Under the pieces are notes generated by a model. The model was given only the letters and a program-made list of their open reading frames with translations. It ran no database searches and was not told where the DNA came from. 64,000 nt of DNA from Xanthobacter sp. VTT E-85242 (GTDB taxonomy: Bacteria > Pseudomonadota > Alphaproteobacteria > Rhizobiales > Xanthobacteraceae): assembly GCF_043195095.1 (NCBI RefSeq), contig NZ_JBAFWN010000001.1; one strand, 5' to 3'. Made by a program: the position numbers and the translations under genes. Below, piece after piece: positions 23,512 through 33,216 of this stretch. Each line of letters begins with the position of its first letter. Position 1 is the stretch's first letter.

Positions 23512-25134
23512 TTACAGGCGGTCGAACACCAGGTCCGCGCTCTGGTCGGAATTCAGCACAAGGCCGCCGGGTCGCACCCACGCGCTGAACAGCCAGGCGG
23601 AATTCCAGGGCGAGGCCAGCCAACGCCCGTGCAGATCCTCAGCGTCGGGCACCGCGCGGAACAGATCGCCGTCGCAGGCGAGGAGGCGCGCCCGGCAGAT
23701 GCCATAAGGCGAGGCGAGTGTGATGCGCAGGTCGCCCGCGTCTCCCGTCACCTCCGCCTCAAGGGCCACGTCCCGCGCCCGGTAGCGGCCGCGCGGATCG
23801 GCGCGCGGCGCGTCCGGGCGTGCGGGCACGAAGCGCGCGACGCGCCCCCAGCGCGCGATGTGCAGCGCCGCGCCCGCCTGCGCCAGCACCGCGAGCGGCG
23901 GCAGCGCCATCTGCGGGATCACCCAATCTCCCTCACCCGGCCCCTGCTCCGCCGGCACCAGTGGCGCCGGCCCCATGCTGGTGGTGAGCGTCGCGCCCGC
24001 TGCGTCCGCCGCGAGCTCCAGCACGCGCCCGCCGCCCTCCTCCCGCCACACGCCGCTCATGGCCCGCAGCGGCGCCAGCGCTTCCTCGGGCAGAAACGCG
24101 GCGGAGGGACGGCGCAGCAGGATGTCCAGCACCTGCCGCACCAGCGCGAACACCGGGATATCCTCGCGATTGGCGATCAGCACCACGCCGAGATCGGGGC
24201 CGGGAAAGCGCACGGATTCCGAACGCGCGCCCACCACCGAGCCGCCATGCCCGATCCCCACCACGCCGCCATGGACCGTACGCACGAGGCCGAGCCCGTA
24301 CGGCGAGGGGCTGCCGCTGGCGAGCGGCACGGCATCGGCGGGCTCCATCTGGCTGATGATCGGATCGCCGGAAAGATGCCCGGCCCGCAAATGCTTCTGC
24401 CAGCGCACCATATCGGCGCGCGTGGACACCAGCCCGCCCTCCCCGCCCAAGGCGGCGAGCGACATGGCGCGTAGGAAGCCGCCGGCCCCGTCGCGGCGAT
24501 AATGGCCGGCGAGGCGCGGCGTCCATTCATCGTCCCGCCACAGCAGGCGGGTGTCGGCCATGCCGAGCGGGCCGGTGACATAACGTGCCAGCAGATCCTC
24601 GAACGGCGCACCAGAGGCCGCCTCCACCGCATCGGTGAGCAGCAGGAAATTGCTGTTGGAATAAAGCAGGTCCGCGCCCTCTTCGGCGGCGACGCCGGGG
24701 CTCATGGCGATCACCCGCCGCTCCAGGTCGCGCGAGACCGGACCGAGCGCGTTGACCCCGCCCAGCACCATCAGATCCAGCAGGTCGCGGATGCCGCTGG
24801 TGTTGGCGGCGAGGCTGCGCAGGCGCACGTGGCGCCAGGCGGACGGCACCCAGGAAACGTGCTTGCCCACCGCATCGTCAAGCGACAGGCGGCCCGCGCG
24901 TGCCAATTGAAGCGCGAGATAGACCGCGAACTGCTTGCTCTGTGAGCCCACGCGCAGCACGCTCGCGCCATCGAGCGGCACGTTCTGGGCCAGATCCGCA
25001 CGGCCATAGGCGTGTTCCAGCACGCATTCCCCGCCGCTCAACACCGCCAGCACGGCACCCGGCGCATCGTCTTGAATGCGATCGCGAAACAGGCGATGGA
25101 TCTGCGCCGTCTGGTCGCTGTCGGGGATCATCAT
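23512..25134 (-). CDS. Beta-lactamase-fold serine hydrolase of the D-aminopeptidase (DAP) type, 540 aa
   Basis: SxxK (GSQSKQF), YxN (YSNSNF) and HxG (GHGGS) motifs in order in the N-terminal roughly 330 aa, plus an about 200-aa C-terminal extension as in Ochrobactrum DAP (520 aa). Confidence 0.7.
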   Translation of the reverse strand: MMIPDSDQTAQIHRLFRDRIQDDAPGAVLAVLSGGECVLEHAYGRADLAQNVPLDGASVLRVGSQSKQFAVYLALQLARAGRLSLDDAVGKHVSWVPSAWRHVRLRSLAANTSGIRDLLDLMVLGGVNALGPVSRDLERRVIAMSPGVAAEEGADLLYSNSNFLLLTDAVEAASGAPFEDLLARYVTGPLGMADTRLLWRDDEWTPRLAGHYRRDGAGGFLRAMSLAALGGEGGLVSTRADMVRWQKHLRAGHLSGDPIISQMEPADAVPLASGSPSPYGLGLVRTVHGGVVGIGHGGSVVGARSESVRFPGPDLGVVLIANREDIPVFALVRQVLDILLRRPSAAFLPEEALAPLRAMSGVWREEGGGRVLELAADAAGATLTTSMGPAPLVPAEQGPGEGDWVIPQMALPPLAVLAQAGAALHIARWGRVARFVPARPDAPRADPRGRYRARDVALEAEVTGDAGDLRITLASPYGICRARLLACDGDLFRAVPDAEDLHGRWLASPWNSAWLFSAWVRPGGLVLNSDQSADLVFDRL

Positions 25135-25218
25135 CGGTGGTCCATCCCTGCGCGCGCATCCGCGCCGGAGGGGCAGCGCGTGGCCCTCCCGGCGGCTGTG
25201 AAAAGGAGAGCGGGGCGG

Positions 25219-25997
25219 TGATCGAACTTTACCTGCTCGCCCTCGACCGGCTCGGCCCGCGGGAGGATGCGCTTTTCGCCGCCGTGCTGGACGCGGAGGA
25301 ATGCGCCCGCGCGGCGCGCCTGCGCTTTGCGCGCGATCGCACCGCCTTCATCGCCGCCCATGCGCTTGCGCGCTTCGCCCTCAGCCGCGCCCGCCCCGCC
25401 GTCCCGCCGGCCGCTTGGCGCTTTACGGCGCCGCCGCTCGGCAAGCCCGTGGCCCATGCCGAAGGCGGCGCGGGCGTGAGCTTCAGCCTCTCCCACACCG
25501 CCGGGCTGGTGGCGGTGGTGGTGAGCGAAGACGGCCCGCTGGGCGTCGATGTGGAAGCCATCGTTCCGGCCACCGCGACGCTGGATCTCGCCACCGCCTT
25601 CTGCGCGCCGGCCGAGCATGCGGCCCTGGCCGCGCTCAAGGACGAGGCCGCCCGCGCCCGGCGCTTCTTCGCCCTGTGGACCTTGAAGGAAAGCCTGCTG
25701 AAGGCGGCCGGCCTCGGCCTCTCCCAGGCGCCGCAGACGGTGCAGTTCGCGTTCGATCCGTTCGCGGTGACGCAGCTTTCCGGAGCGGCGCGCGGCGACT
25801 GGCAGCTGTGGAGCGGCGTTGCGCCGCCCGGCCATTGCCTGGCGGTCTGCGCCGGAGGCGAGAAGCAGCCGCATCTCGCCGCCTATACGATCAACGACGG
25901 CGCGGCGCTGGCAGCGGGCGCCGCCTTGCCGGACGGTGCGCTGACGGACGCGTCGCTCACGCTCAGCACCTGCCGCAGCAGGGCCAGCACCGTGTGA
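25219..25997 (+). CDS. 4'-phosphopantetheinyl transferase, Sfp type
   Basis: GTG start (VIELYLLALD...). FSLSHTAGLVAVVVS and WTLKESLLKAAG (W/KEA) motifs. The ORF tail overlaps the convergent NRPS gene by about 115 nt. The upstream extension in the track (24900..) is not supported. Confidence 0.8.
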
Positions 25998-28900
25998 ACA
26001 TGGGGCGGGTGGAACATGGAATAATGATCCCCACCCACCTCGTGCAACACGAAGGGGCCCCGCGTCGCCGCCCGGAACGCCACGCCGCCCGCGCGGGGCA
26101 CAGCATCCGCCGCCTCGATGCACAGGATGGGCGCTGAGAGAGGCGCCGCCTCTGGCCGGTGGGCGCGGGCGATCGCCTGATTGTGGGCGGCGAGGCGTTC
26201 GATGCGGGCGAAATCCTCCGCCGGCAATTGCTCCATGATGGCGAGCACCCGCCCCCAATAGGGCGTGGTGCGCAAGTGCGCGAAGGTGAAGGCAGCGGGC
26301 GGCGTCGCGCCCTTTTCCGAGGCTCTCTCCTCCGGCGCCGCATCGAGCAGGACGAGGGTGACCGCCCGCCCGCGCGCTTCCAGCAGCCGTGCGGTCTCGA
26401 GCGCGAAATGCGCGCCCAGCGACCAGCCGACCAGCCGCACGGGATGGGTGCTTTCCACCGGCACTATCTGCGCCGCAAACAGCGCCGCCGCCGCCGCAAG
26501 GCTCGGCGCGAACGGCATGTCGGCATCGAACCCCGGCGCCTGCAGGCCGTAGCACGCGACATCGCAATCGAGCGGCTCGGTGAGATCGCGATAGAGCGTC
26601 GAGGTGCCGAGCGCGGGCGGGAAGAAGAAGGCCACCGGCGCGCCGGGCGTGCCTGCGCGCAGCTTCAGCAGCGGCGCGGGCGCCGCGTCGGCCGGTGGAC
26701 GCTCCAGATGAGCGGCGAGCGCGCGAATGGTGGGATGGTCGAACAGGGCGCGCAAGGTGAGCTGGCGGCCAAGCGCCGCCTTGGCCTTCGAGACCAGGGC
26801 GATGGCTTTGAGGCTATGGCCGCCGAGGGCGAAGAAATCCTCCTCCAGCCCCACCTGTTCGAGGAACAGCACCTCTTTCCAGAGCGTCCGCAACCCCTCC
26901 TCCAGGGCGCTGCCGGGCGCATCCGCGCGGGCGCCGGCGGCGGGGGCGCGCCAATGCTCTTCCAGCGCCTTGCGATCGAGCTTGCCATTGGCGGTCATGG
27001 GAAAGCGCGAGATCGGGAAGAACCGGCTCGGCACCATGGCCGGCGGCAGGCGGGCGGCGAGCGCGGCGCGCAGCGCTCCGGCATCGGCGCCCGCGCCCTC
27101 GGCGAGGATCACATAGGCGAACAATTCCGCCGTGCCGCTGCGCGCATCCACCACCGCAGCGGCATCGGCGACCTGCGGCAGCGCGCGCAAGGCGGCTTCC
27201 ACCTCCTTCAGCGAGACACGATAGCCGCGAATCTTCACCTGGTCGTCCATGCGACCGAGGAATTCCAGCTGCCCGCCGGGGAGCCAGCGCACCTTGTCGC
27301 CGGTGCGATACACGGGCACGTCGCTCGCGCCCGGATCACCCGACAGGGACAAGCGGGTGAAGCGCGCGGCATCCGCGGGGGACGCGTTCACATAGCCCTG
27401 GGCGAGCCCCGCGCCGCCCACCAGCAATTCACCCGCCACCCCTTCCGGCACCGGCCGCAGGGTGTGGTCGCACACGAAGGCGCGGGCGCCCACGATCGGC
27501 CGGCCGATGCGCTGCGGCCCTTCCCCGGCGCGGGCGAGATCGTCCAGCGGCCCGCTCACGCAACCGATGGTGGTCTCGGTCGGCCCGTAATGATTGGCCA
27601 GCGACACGTGCGGCGCGAGCCGCTGAAGATGCTGGAGATCGGCGAAATTCTGCCCCTCCCCGCCCAGCAGGATGAGCCGCAGGTCCCGCGCGTCGGCGAA
27701 CGCCGCGGCGCTGCCGGGCGTCGCCATCAGCATGGCGAGATAGGAGGGGGTAAGCTTGAGCAGCGTGAGCCTATGGGCGGCGAGCAGCGCCAGCACGTGC
27801 TCGGGATCGCGGCGCGCGTCCTCGTCGAGCAGCGAGAGGCAGCCGCCGCCCAGCAGCGCTCCGAAGATGGCGGTATAGCCGAGATCGAACGCCGGCGAGG
27901 TGAGCAGCGCCGTGCGGATCGGAAAGGTCGGCCCGCAGCGCTGCACCAGCCAGGACACATAGGCGAGCAGCGCCCCATGGCCGATGCGCACGCCCTTGGG
28001 CTGGCCCGTGGTGCCCGAGGTGTAGATGACATAAGCGGTGGGATCGGCCGGCAGCGGCGGCAGGTCGGCACACGCGAGCTCCCCCGCCGCGTCCCGCGCG
28101 CGCTCCAGCTCCTCTTCCAGCGACAGCAGCGCCACGCCGTCCACCAGCTCCGGCAGGCGCTCCGGCGCCGCGCTCAGCACCAGGCGCGCGCCGCAATCGG
28201 CGAGGATATGGCCGAGCCGCGCCGGCGGGCTCGGCAGATCCAGCGGCACATAGGGCACGCCCAGCAGAAGGCAGGCCAGCATGGCGGTTGCCAGCCCTTC
28301 TCCCGCGTCCGCATGCAGCGCTACCGGAATGGATGGGGTAGCGCCAAGGTCCGCGAGCCGCTGGGCGAGGTGGCGCGCGTGACGCTCAAGCGCCGCGTGG
28401 GACACGATCCGCGCGCCGATCCGCAAGGCCGGCGCCTCGCCCTCCCGCGCGACCAGGGCGGCACGCGCCGCGCGCAGATCAATCGCCGGGGCCGGCAACG
28501 CCCCGCCATGGCCCCACGCCATCACCCGGTCGTGCTCCTCCCGGCTCATCAAGGTGAGGTCGTCGACCGCGCGCTGCGGGGCCTCCGCGATTTGCTCCGC
28601 CAGCACCTCCAGCCATAGGGCGAGGCGGGAGACGCGTTCCGGGTCCACCACGTCGGCGTTGAAGGTGAAGGCGATCTTCAGGGCCGCGCCCGGCAAAGCG
28701 ACCACGCCGAAATCATAATTGGAGGTCTGATAGACGCTGACATCCTCGATGGTGACGCCCGGCGCCAGCTCCTGCGCCGCGCCCTGGAAGCGGTCCTCCA
28801 GCGGATAATTCTCGAACACGAAATAATGGCCGATCAGCCCCTGGCGCAGGGGGCTCGCGGCCTGGATGTCGGCGAGCGCGCAATGCACGTTCTCCAGCCA

Positions 28901-29893
28901 GTCCATGCGCTCGTCCTGTGCACGGCGCAGGAAGGCGGAGACGCTCTCGCCCGCCTTCAGGCGCACCCGCAGCGGCAGCATGCCGATGCACGGGCCGAGG
29001 ATCGCGTCCGCGCCCTCCATGTCGGGCGGACGCGTGGACGCCATGGCGCCGAACACCACGTCGTCGCGATCCTCGACCTTCGCCAGCAGCAGGCCCCAGA
29101 GCGCCTGGATCAGGGAATTGAAGGTGGCCCCGCTCGCCTGCGCCCGCGCGGCGAGGCGGCGCGTGAGGTCTGCGGAAAAGCCCGTCGTATGGGTGCGCAT
29201 GTCGCGCCCGGTACCGAGCGCGCGCGCCCGCGCGGCCGGCAGCGGCAAGGCGGTGTCGGCGCCGGCCAGATAATCGCGCCAATAGCCGAGCCCGGCGCGC
29301 GCGCGCCGCGCCAGCGAGGCCTTCACGAAGGCGCTGAACGGCACCGGGCGTGGCAGCACCGGTACGGCGCCGTGCGCATACGCCTGATAGGCCCGCGTCA
29401 GCTCGTCCTGCAGGATGCCGATGCACCAGCCGTCCATCAGGATATGGTGGAAGGAGAACACCACGCGGGCAAGCTCGCGCGTCTCGACCAGCACGCCGAC
29501 CCGCAGCAGCACGTCGCGCTGGAGATCGAACGGCAGCGCCCGCTGCGCCTGCGCATAGGCCTCCACCCGCGCGGCGCGGTCCTGCGCCGGCAAGGCGGAG
29601 AGATCGACGATCTCGCAGGCAAACGGCCGCGCCTTCAGCACGATCTGAAGCGCGCGATCGCCGCCCGTGAGGCGGAACACGGTGCGCAGCATGTCGTGCC
29701 GCGCCACGACCAAAGCAAAGGCGCGATCGAAGGCGGCGACATCCAGCGGGCCGCGGATGGAAAAGCGCATCTGCTGGAAATAGCTGCGCTGCCCGTCCCC
29801 ACCGGCCTCGCGCTCCAGCAGGTCGTGAAAGGCGATGCCCTCCTGGAACGCGGTCAGCGGGTAGATATCCTTGATATTGTCGCGGCTGATCAT
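25883..29893 (-). CDS. NRPS termination module C-A-T-TE, 1336 aa
   Basis: C HHILMDGWC near the N-terminus, A core AYVIYTSGTTGQPKG, PCP FFALGGHSL, TE GWSLGAHFA (GxSxG). Approximate domain spans: C 28570-29893, A 26890-28450, T 26650-26860, TE 25883-26590. Start is 21 nt after the stop of the upstream beta-barrel gene. Confidence 0.9.
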   Translation of the reverse strand: MISRDNIKDIYPLTAFQEGIAFHDLLEREAGGDGQRSYFQQMRFSIRGPLDVAAFDRAFALVVARHDMLRTVFRLTGGDRALQIVLKARPFACEIVDLSALPAQDRAARVEAYAQAQRALPFDLQRDVLLRVGVLVETRELARVVFSFHHILMDGWCIGILQDELTRAYQAYAHGAVPVLPRPVPFSAFVKASLARRARAGLGYWRDYLAGADTALPLPAARARALGTGRDMRTHTTGFSADLTRRLAARAQASGATFNSLIQALWGLLLAKVEDRDDVVFGAMASTRPPDMEGADAILGPCIGMLPLRVRLKAGESVSAFLRRAQDERMDWLENVHCALADIQAASPLRQGLIGHYFVFENYPLEDRFQGAAQELAPGVTIEDVSVYQTSNYDFGVVALPGAALKIAFTFNADVVDPERVSRLALWLEVLAEQIAEAPQRAVDDLTLMSREEHDRVMAWGHGGALPAPAIDLRAARAALVAREGEAPALRIGARIVSHAALERHARHLAQRLADLGATPSIPVALHADAGEGLATAMLACLLLGVPYVPLDLPSPPARLGHILADCGARLVLSAAPERLPELVDGVALLSLEEELERARDAAGELACADLPPLPADPTAYVIYTSGTTGQPKGVRIGHGALLAYVSWLVQRCGPTFPIRTALLTSPAFDLGYTAIFGALLGGGCLSLLDEDARRDPEHVLALLAAHRLTLLKLTPSYLAMLMATPGSAAAFADARDLRLILLGGEGQNFADLQHLQRLAPHVSLANHYGPTETTIGCVSGPLDDLARAGEGPQRIGRPIVGARAFVCDHTLRPVPEGVAGELLVGGAGLAQGYVNASPADAARFTRLSLSGDPGASDVPVYRTGDKVRWLPGGQLEFLGRMDDQVKIRGYRVSLKEVEAALRALPQVADAAAVVDARSGTAELFAYVILAEGAGADAGALRAALAARLPPAMVPSRFFPISRFPMTANGKLDRKALEEHWRAPAAGARADAPGSALEEGLRTLWKEVLFLEQVGLEEDFFALGGHSLKAIALVSKAKAALGRQLTLRALFDHPTIRALAAHLERPPADAAPAPLLKLRAGTPGAPVAFFFPPALGTSTLYRDLTEPLDCDVACYGLQAPGFDADMPFAPSLAAAAALFAAQIVPVESTHPVRLVGWSLGAHFALETARLLEARGRAVTLVLLDAAPEERASEKGATPPAAFTFAHLRTTPYWGRVLAIMEQLPAEDFARIERLAAHNQAIARAHRPEAAPLSAPILCIEAADAVPRAGGVAFRAATRGPFVLHEVGGDHYSMFHPPHVHTVLALLRQVLSVSDASVSAPSGKAAPAASAAPSLIV

Positions 29894-29913
29894 GTGCGAT
29901 TCCGATTGTACCT

Positions 29914-31194
29914 TCAGAATTTATAGGTGATCCCGCCACCGATGATGTGTTCGTCGAAATTCTGCGAATTGTCCGACGTGATCTGGTGATTGAATTTGTA
30001 GCCGTATTCGATCGTCGTATGATCGTTCCAGGCATATTGGCAGCCGATCGAATAAACCGACTCGTCATAGACGATCGGCAGCTGGATCGCTTCCTGGACG
30101 ATATATTGGTACCGCACCTCGAACAGCGTCTTGGGATCGTATTGCTTGCGCAGAGCGACGTCGTACGTATTGATGAAGATGCCCGGCGTTCCGGGATAGA
30201 CCAGTTCGGACGCGAGCCGGCTCCAATTGAGCTCGGTGCTCCAGGTGGCATCCATCTGCCATTTCAGCTTGGCATAGCCCACGAGGGTGCTGACGATGGC
30301 AAAGCGGGGATCGGCATAATCCTGCATCAGATAGCCGAGCTGGCCGGATATGTTCAGCGCCGGGTTGAAGGCATAGGAGAAGCCGACCGCCGCCAGATAG
30401 CCGAGAGAATTGCGATCATACAGATCGGTCATAGTGTAAATGGTGCGGTCGAGAGACACCAGCGCATAGACCTTGTCGGTCTTGTTGAAATTATAGCCGA
30501 CTTTGTTGATCTGGTTGAAATCCGCCAATTCATAGAGGCTGGTCGTGGCGCCCGATCCCAGGCTCTGGGAATAGAACTGGCTGTCCTTCATCGAGACCGC
30601 GATCTCGCCGAACCAGGGGCCCTGGTCGTAATCCAGCCCGGTCTTGTACTGCTGCTTGGTGATGGTGTTGAGCGCTTTGGGCACGGCGCCCAGGGCGGCA
30701 TTTGAGAGCGCCTGCTGGGTCGCCTTATAGCTGGAATTGGAGGTCCAATATTCGTTGATCTTGCCGAAAGCGGACGGGTTGAACAGATATTCCTTCTTCA
30801 CCAGCGTATCGTGCAGGACATAATCCGTATACCGATAGGACGCCGCCAGCGCGCCGCCGTAGTTTCCCGCGTCATACTTGATATTGATGGCCGGCGCCGC
30901 CACGAGGCCGAGGTCGCCGCTGGTGGGCGGCGGCAACTCCAGCACATTGGTGGAATACAGGCTGTCGAACGAGACCTGCGGCGCCACCACCAGCGCCCCG
31001 TCGAGATAGCGAAAGCCCGTGGTGGACGTGACTTCGGGCACCTTCAGCGCACGCACCGGCGTCGTGGTGCCGGTATCCTGGTTGTTTTCCTGCGGCGCAT
31101 TCGTGGGCAGAGTGTCCGCCGCCGGGCAAGACGCGATGCCGGCAAACAAAAGCAGCACTGCGAGGACCGAAGGCAGGATCGGGCGGAAGGACAT
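29914..31194 (-). CDS. Outer-membrane beta-barrel protein, possible lipoprotein
   Basis: Start taken at MSFRPILPSVLAVLLLFAGIASC (lipobox-like IASC). Asn/Tyr/Thr/Ser-rich alternating strands, C-terminal ...GITYKF (terminal Phe). The track start at 31233 adds a non-native Arg-rich leader. Confidence 0.65.
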   Translation of the reverse strand: MSFRPILPSVLAVLLLFAGIASCPAADTLPTNAPQENNQDTGTTTPVRALKVPEVTSTTGFRYLDGALVVAPQVSFDSLYSTNVLELPPPTSGDLGLVAAPAINIKYDAGNYGGALAASYRYTDYVLHDTLVKKEYLFNPSAFGKINEYWTSNSSYKATQQALSNAALGAVPKALNTITKQQYKTGLDYDQGPWFGEIAVSMKDSQFYSQSLGSGATTSLYELADFNQINKVGYNFNKTDKVYALVSLDRTIYTMTDLYDRNSLGYLAAVGFSYAFNPALNISGQLGYLMQDYADPRFAIVSTLVGYAKLKWQMDATWSTELNWSRLASELVYPGTPGIFINTYDVALRKQYDPKTLFEVRYQYIVQEAIQLPIVYDESVYSIGCQYAWNDHTTIEYGYKFNHQITSDNSQNFDEHIIGGGITYKF

Positions 31195-31229
31195 CGGGCG
31201 CACGCCGCGACGTCTGGACCGCCCCGCGC

Positions 31230-32783
31230 TCATGGCGCGCGTCCCTGACCGGCCGGCGGCTCCTTCGGCGAGAGCCAGGCCGCCCAGCTGGCGAACAAAT
31301 CGCGCGCGCCGCCGAGGCCGAGCGGGCTGTCGACCAATTGCGCCGTATGCGGCTGCACCACTGGGTCCGGCCGCTCGCCGCTGGAGAGCGAGGCCGTGCC
31401 GGGCGGAAGCGCCCCGGGCAACACCGCCCCCGGGCGCAATTGCGGCGGTCCGCCCTGCTGGCCGGTCGGTGACGGCGCGGCCGGCACCGGCGCTCCGGCG
31501 GCGCGCGCCGCGTCCGTCGCCTCCTGGCGCACCAAGGGGGCGATGGATTGCGGCAGAAGGCCGTTCTCATACGCCCGGGTATAAGCGGAAAGATCGCTGG
31601 ACCACGCGCCCTGCGGCAGGATCGCGCCGCTGCCGCCGGGCGGGCGCTGGGCGAGATCCGGCCGCGAGACATCCAGCGATCCGGACAGCGCGGCGGAGGG
31701 CGCGGGACGATTGTAGTCCGCCGTCGCGGCGGCGGAATTGTGCGCCCCCACCGCACCGAGCGTCCCCAGCCCCTGCGCCTGTTGCTGCGGTGGCGGCGGG
31801 GTTGCCGAATCCCCGGTATTGAGGATCAGCGGCAGCCCGTTATTGCCGCCCACCACCACGGTCTTGGCATTGGGCGAGGTGGCGAGCAGGACGGTGGCCT
31901 CGATGCCGCGCCATTTCAGATAATTCTCCGAAATACCGGATTGCACGGTTTCCTGGAATTTGCGGATGCCTTCCGCCTCGATATATTTGCGGTCGGATTC
32001 ATAATGCTCACGCTCGACGCGATATTGCATTTCCTGCACCAATTGTTCCTGCTCGATCTTGCTCTGGATGGCGGCGACGATGCGCGGCGGCAAGGCCACG
32101 TCGCGCACCAGCACGTCGGTGAGAATAATCAGACAATCCTGCCAATTTCCATTCGCGTTTTCGACCGCAACATCCTGTTGCGAACAGATATAATTCTTCA
32201 CGCCAGGGTCGACGACCGCACGAAATACACGTTGCATCATGTTTTCGCGTGTCGGCCCATAATAATCCCGCACGGCGAACATGGCGAACTCCCGGCGGGT
32301 CGCGGCATTCACCTCGGGCAGAAGCAGGGTCTCGGCATAGCTCGGGCCGAGTTTGGAATTGAGATGCGGCAGGAATTTCTGGTTCAGAAACCAGCGATAG
32401 GTGATGGAAATGGAAATGTTCAGCCCGTCGGAGGTGATCGCCACGATGTCCACGTTGCGGGCCTGAAGGCGCAGATCATAGACATAGATGATGTCCCACG
32501 GCCATTTGATCGTGACCCCGCTGGGAATGGAGAAGCGCAGCTCCGTGCCGCCGAACCGGCGCCACAACACGCCGCCCGAGCCCACCGGCACGTTGACGAT
32601 CATGTAGGGGGCCAGGAACACCACGAACACGAGCGCAACCAGCAGAATCAGGGCGATGCGTCGCCGCAGCCGCCCCCAGCGGCCCGGCCCAACCGGCCCG
32701 GCCCCCTCTTCGACATCGCCCCGCAAGGGCGCGTCGTATCCGATCGGGGGCTCGCCCAACCTGTCGCTCATGGATTCACGCAC
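31230..32783 (-). CDS. SPFH/band-7 (HflK/C-stomatin-like) membrane protein with a long Pro/Gln/Gly-rich C-terminal tail
   Basis: N-terminal TM LILLVALVFVVFLAPYMI, SPFH core (ITSDGLNISISITYRW, ...QSKIEQEQLVQEMQYRVEREHYESDRKYIEAEGIRKFQE), about 200-aa low-complexity tail. Confidence 0.7.
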   Translation of the reverse strand: MRESMSDRLGEPPIGYDAPLRGDVEEGAGPVGPGRWGRLRRRIALILLVALVFVVFLAPYMIVNVPVGSGGVLWRRFGGTELRFSIPSGVTIKWPWDIIYVYDLRLQARNVDIVAITSDGLNISISITYRWFLNQKFLPHLNSKLGPSYAETLLLPEVNAATRREFAMFAVRDYYGPTRENMMQRVFRAVVDPGVKNYICSQQDVAVENANGNWQDCLIILTDVLVRDVALPPRIVAAIQSKIEQEQLVQEMQYRVEREHYESDRKYIEAEGIRKFQETVQSGISENYLKWRGIEATVLLATSPNAKTVVVGGNNGLPLILNTGDSATPPPPQQQAQGLGTLGAVGAHNSAAATADYNRPAPSAALSGSLDVSRPDLAQRPPGGSGAILPQGAWSSDLSAYTRAYENGLLPQSIAPLVRQEATDAARAAGAPVPAAPSPTGQQGGPPQLRPGAVLPGALPPGTASLSSGERPDPVVQPHTAQLVDSPLGLGGARDLFASWAAWLSPKEPPAGQGRAP

Positions 32784-32844
32784 TCATGCTTGGAACTTGG
32801 CCGACTTGAAACTGGCCGAGCGAAGGAGGTGCCGTCGCACGCGC

Positions 32845-33030
32845 CTAATAGCGCGGCAGTTTGACGGTGGTGTTGCGGTCGCCGTTGGATCCGACGATCA
32901 CGAGGATCATCAAACCCACAAGCGGAGAGAGCGCGATCGACAAGATGAAATAAAGAAAAAAACCGCCGCGCAGGCCGATGCCGAGAAAGCCCACAAGAAG
33001 GCTCAGCAACAGATAGATCATGATGGCCAT
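32845..33030 (-). CDS. Small two-TM membrane protein (about 61 aa)
   Basis: MAIMIYLLLSLLVGFLGIGLRGGFFLYFILSIALSPLVGLMILVIVGSNGDRNTTVKLPRY. First gene of the SPFH-OMP-NRPS(TE) transcription unit. The longer track ORF (to 33198) has an Arg/Gly-rich leader that looks spurious. Confidence 0.5.
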   Translation of the reverse strand: MAIMIYLLLSLLVGFLGIGLRGGFFLYFILSIALSPLVGLMILVIVGSNGDRNTTVKLPRY

Positions 33031-33216
33031 GGCACGCCCTCGCAAAAAATCTCGAGACCAAAGTGCGGCGACAGGCCCTGCTCCGCGAGACCTCGCGCCA
33101 CCGCGACCAGCCCCCGGTCCGCACCGGAACACAGCGCGCGGCACAGCTCCGCGCGATGCGCGGGACGGGCCGAAACACGGCGGGCGCGGCGCCTGCACGC
33201 CGCGCCCGCCGCAGTC

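Noticed and set aside
24900-25218. Upstream extension of the PPTase ORF (24900..25997, 365 aa)
   Set aside because: The first 106 codons overlap the D-aminopeptidase gene on the other strand and are Arg/Pro-rich. Sfp-type homology begins at the GTG at 25219.
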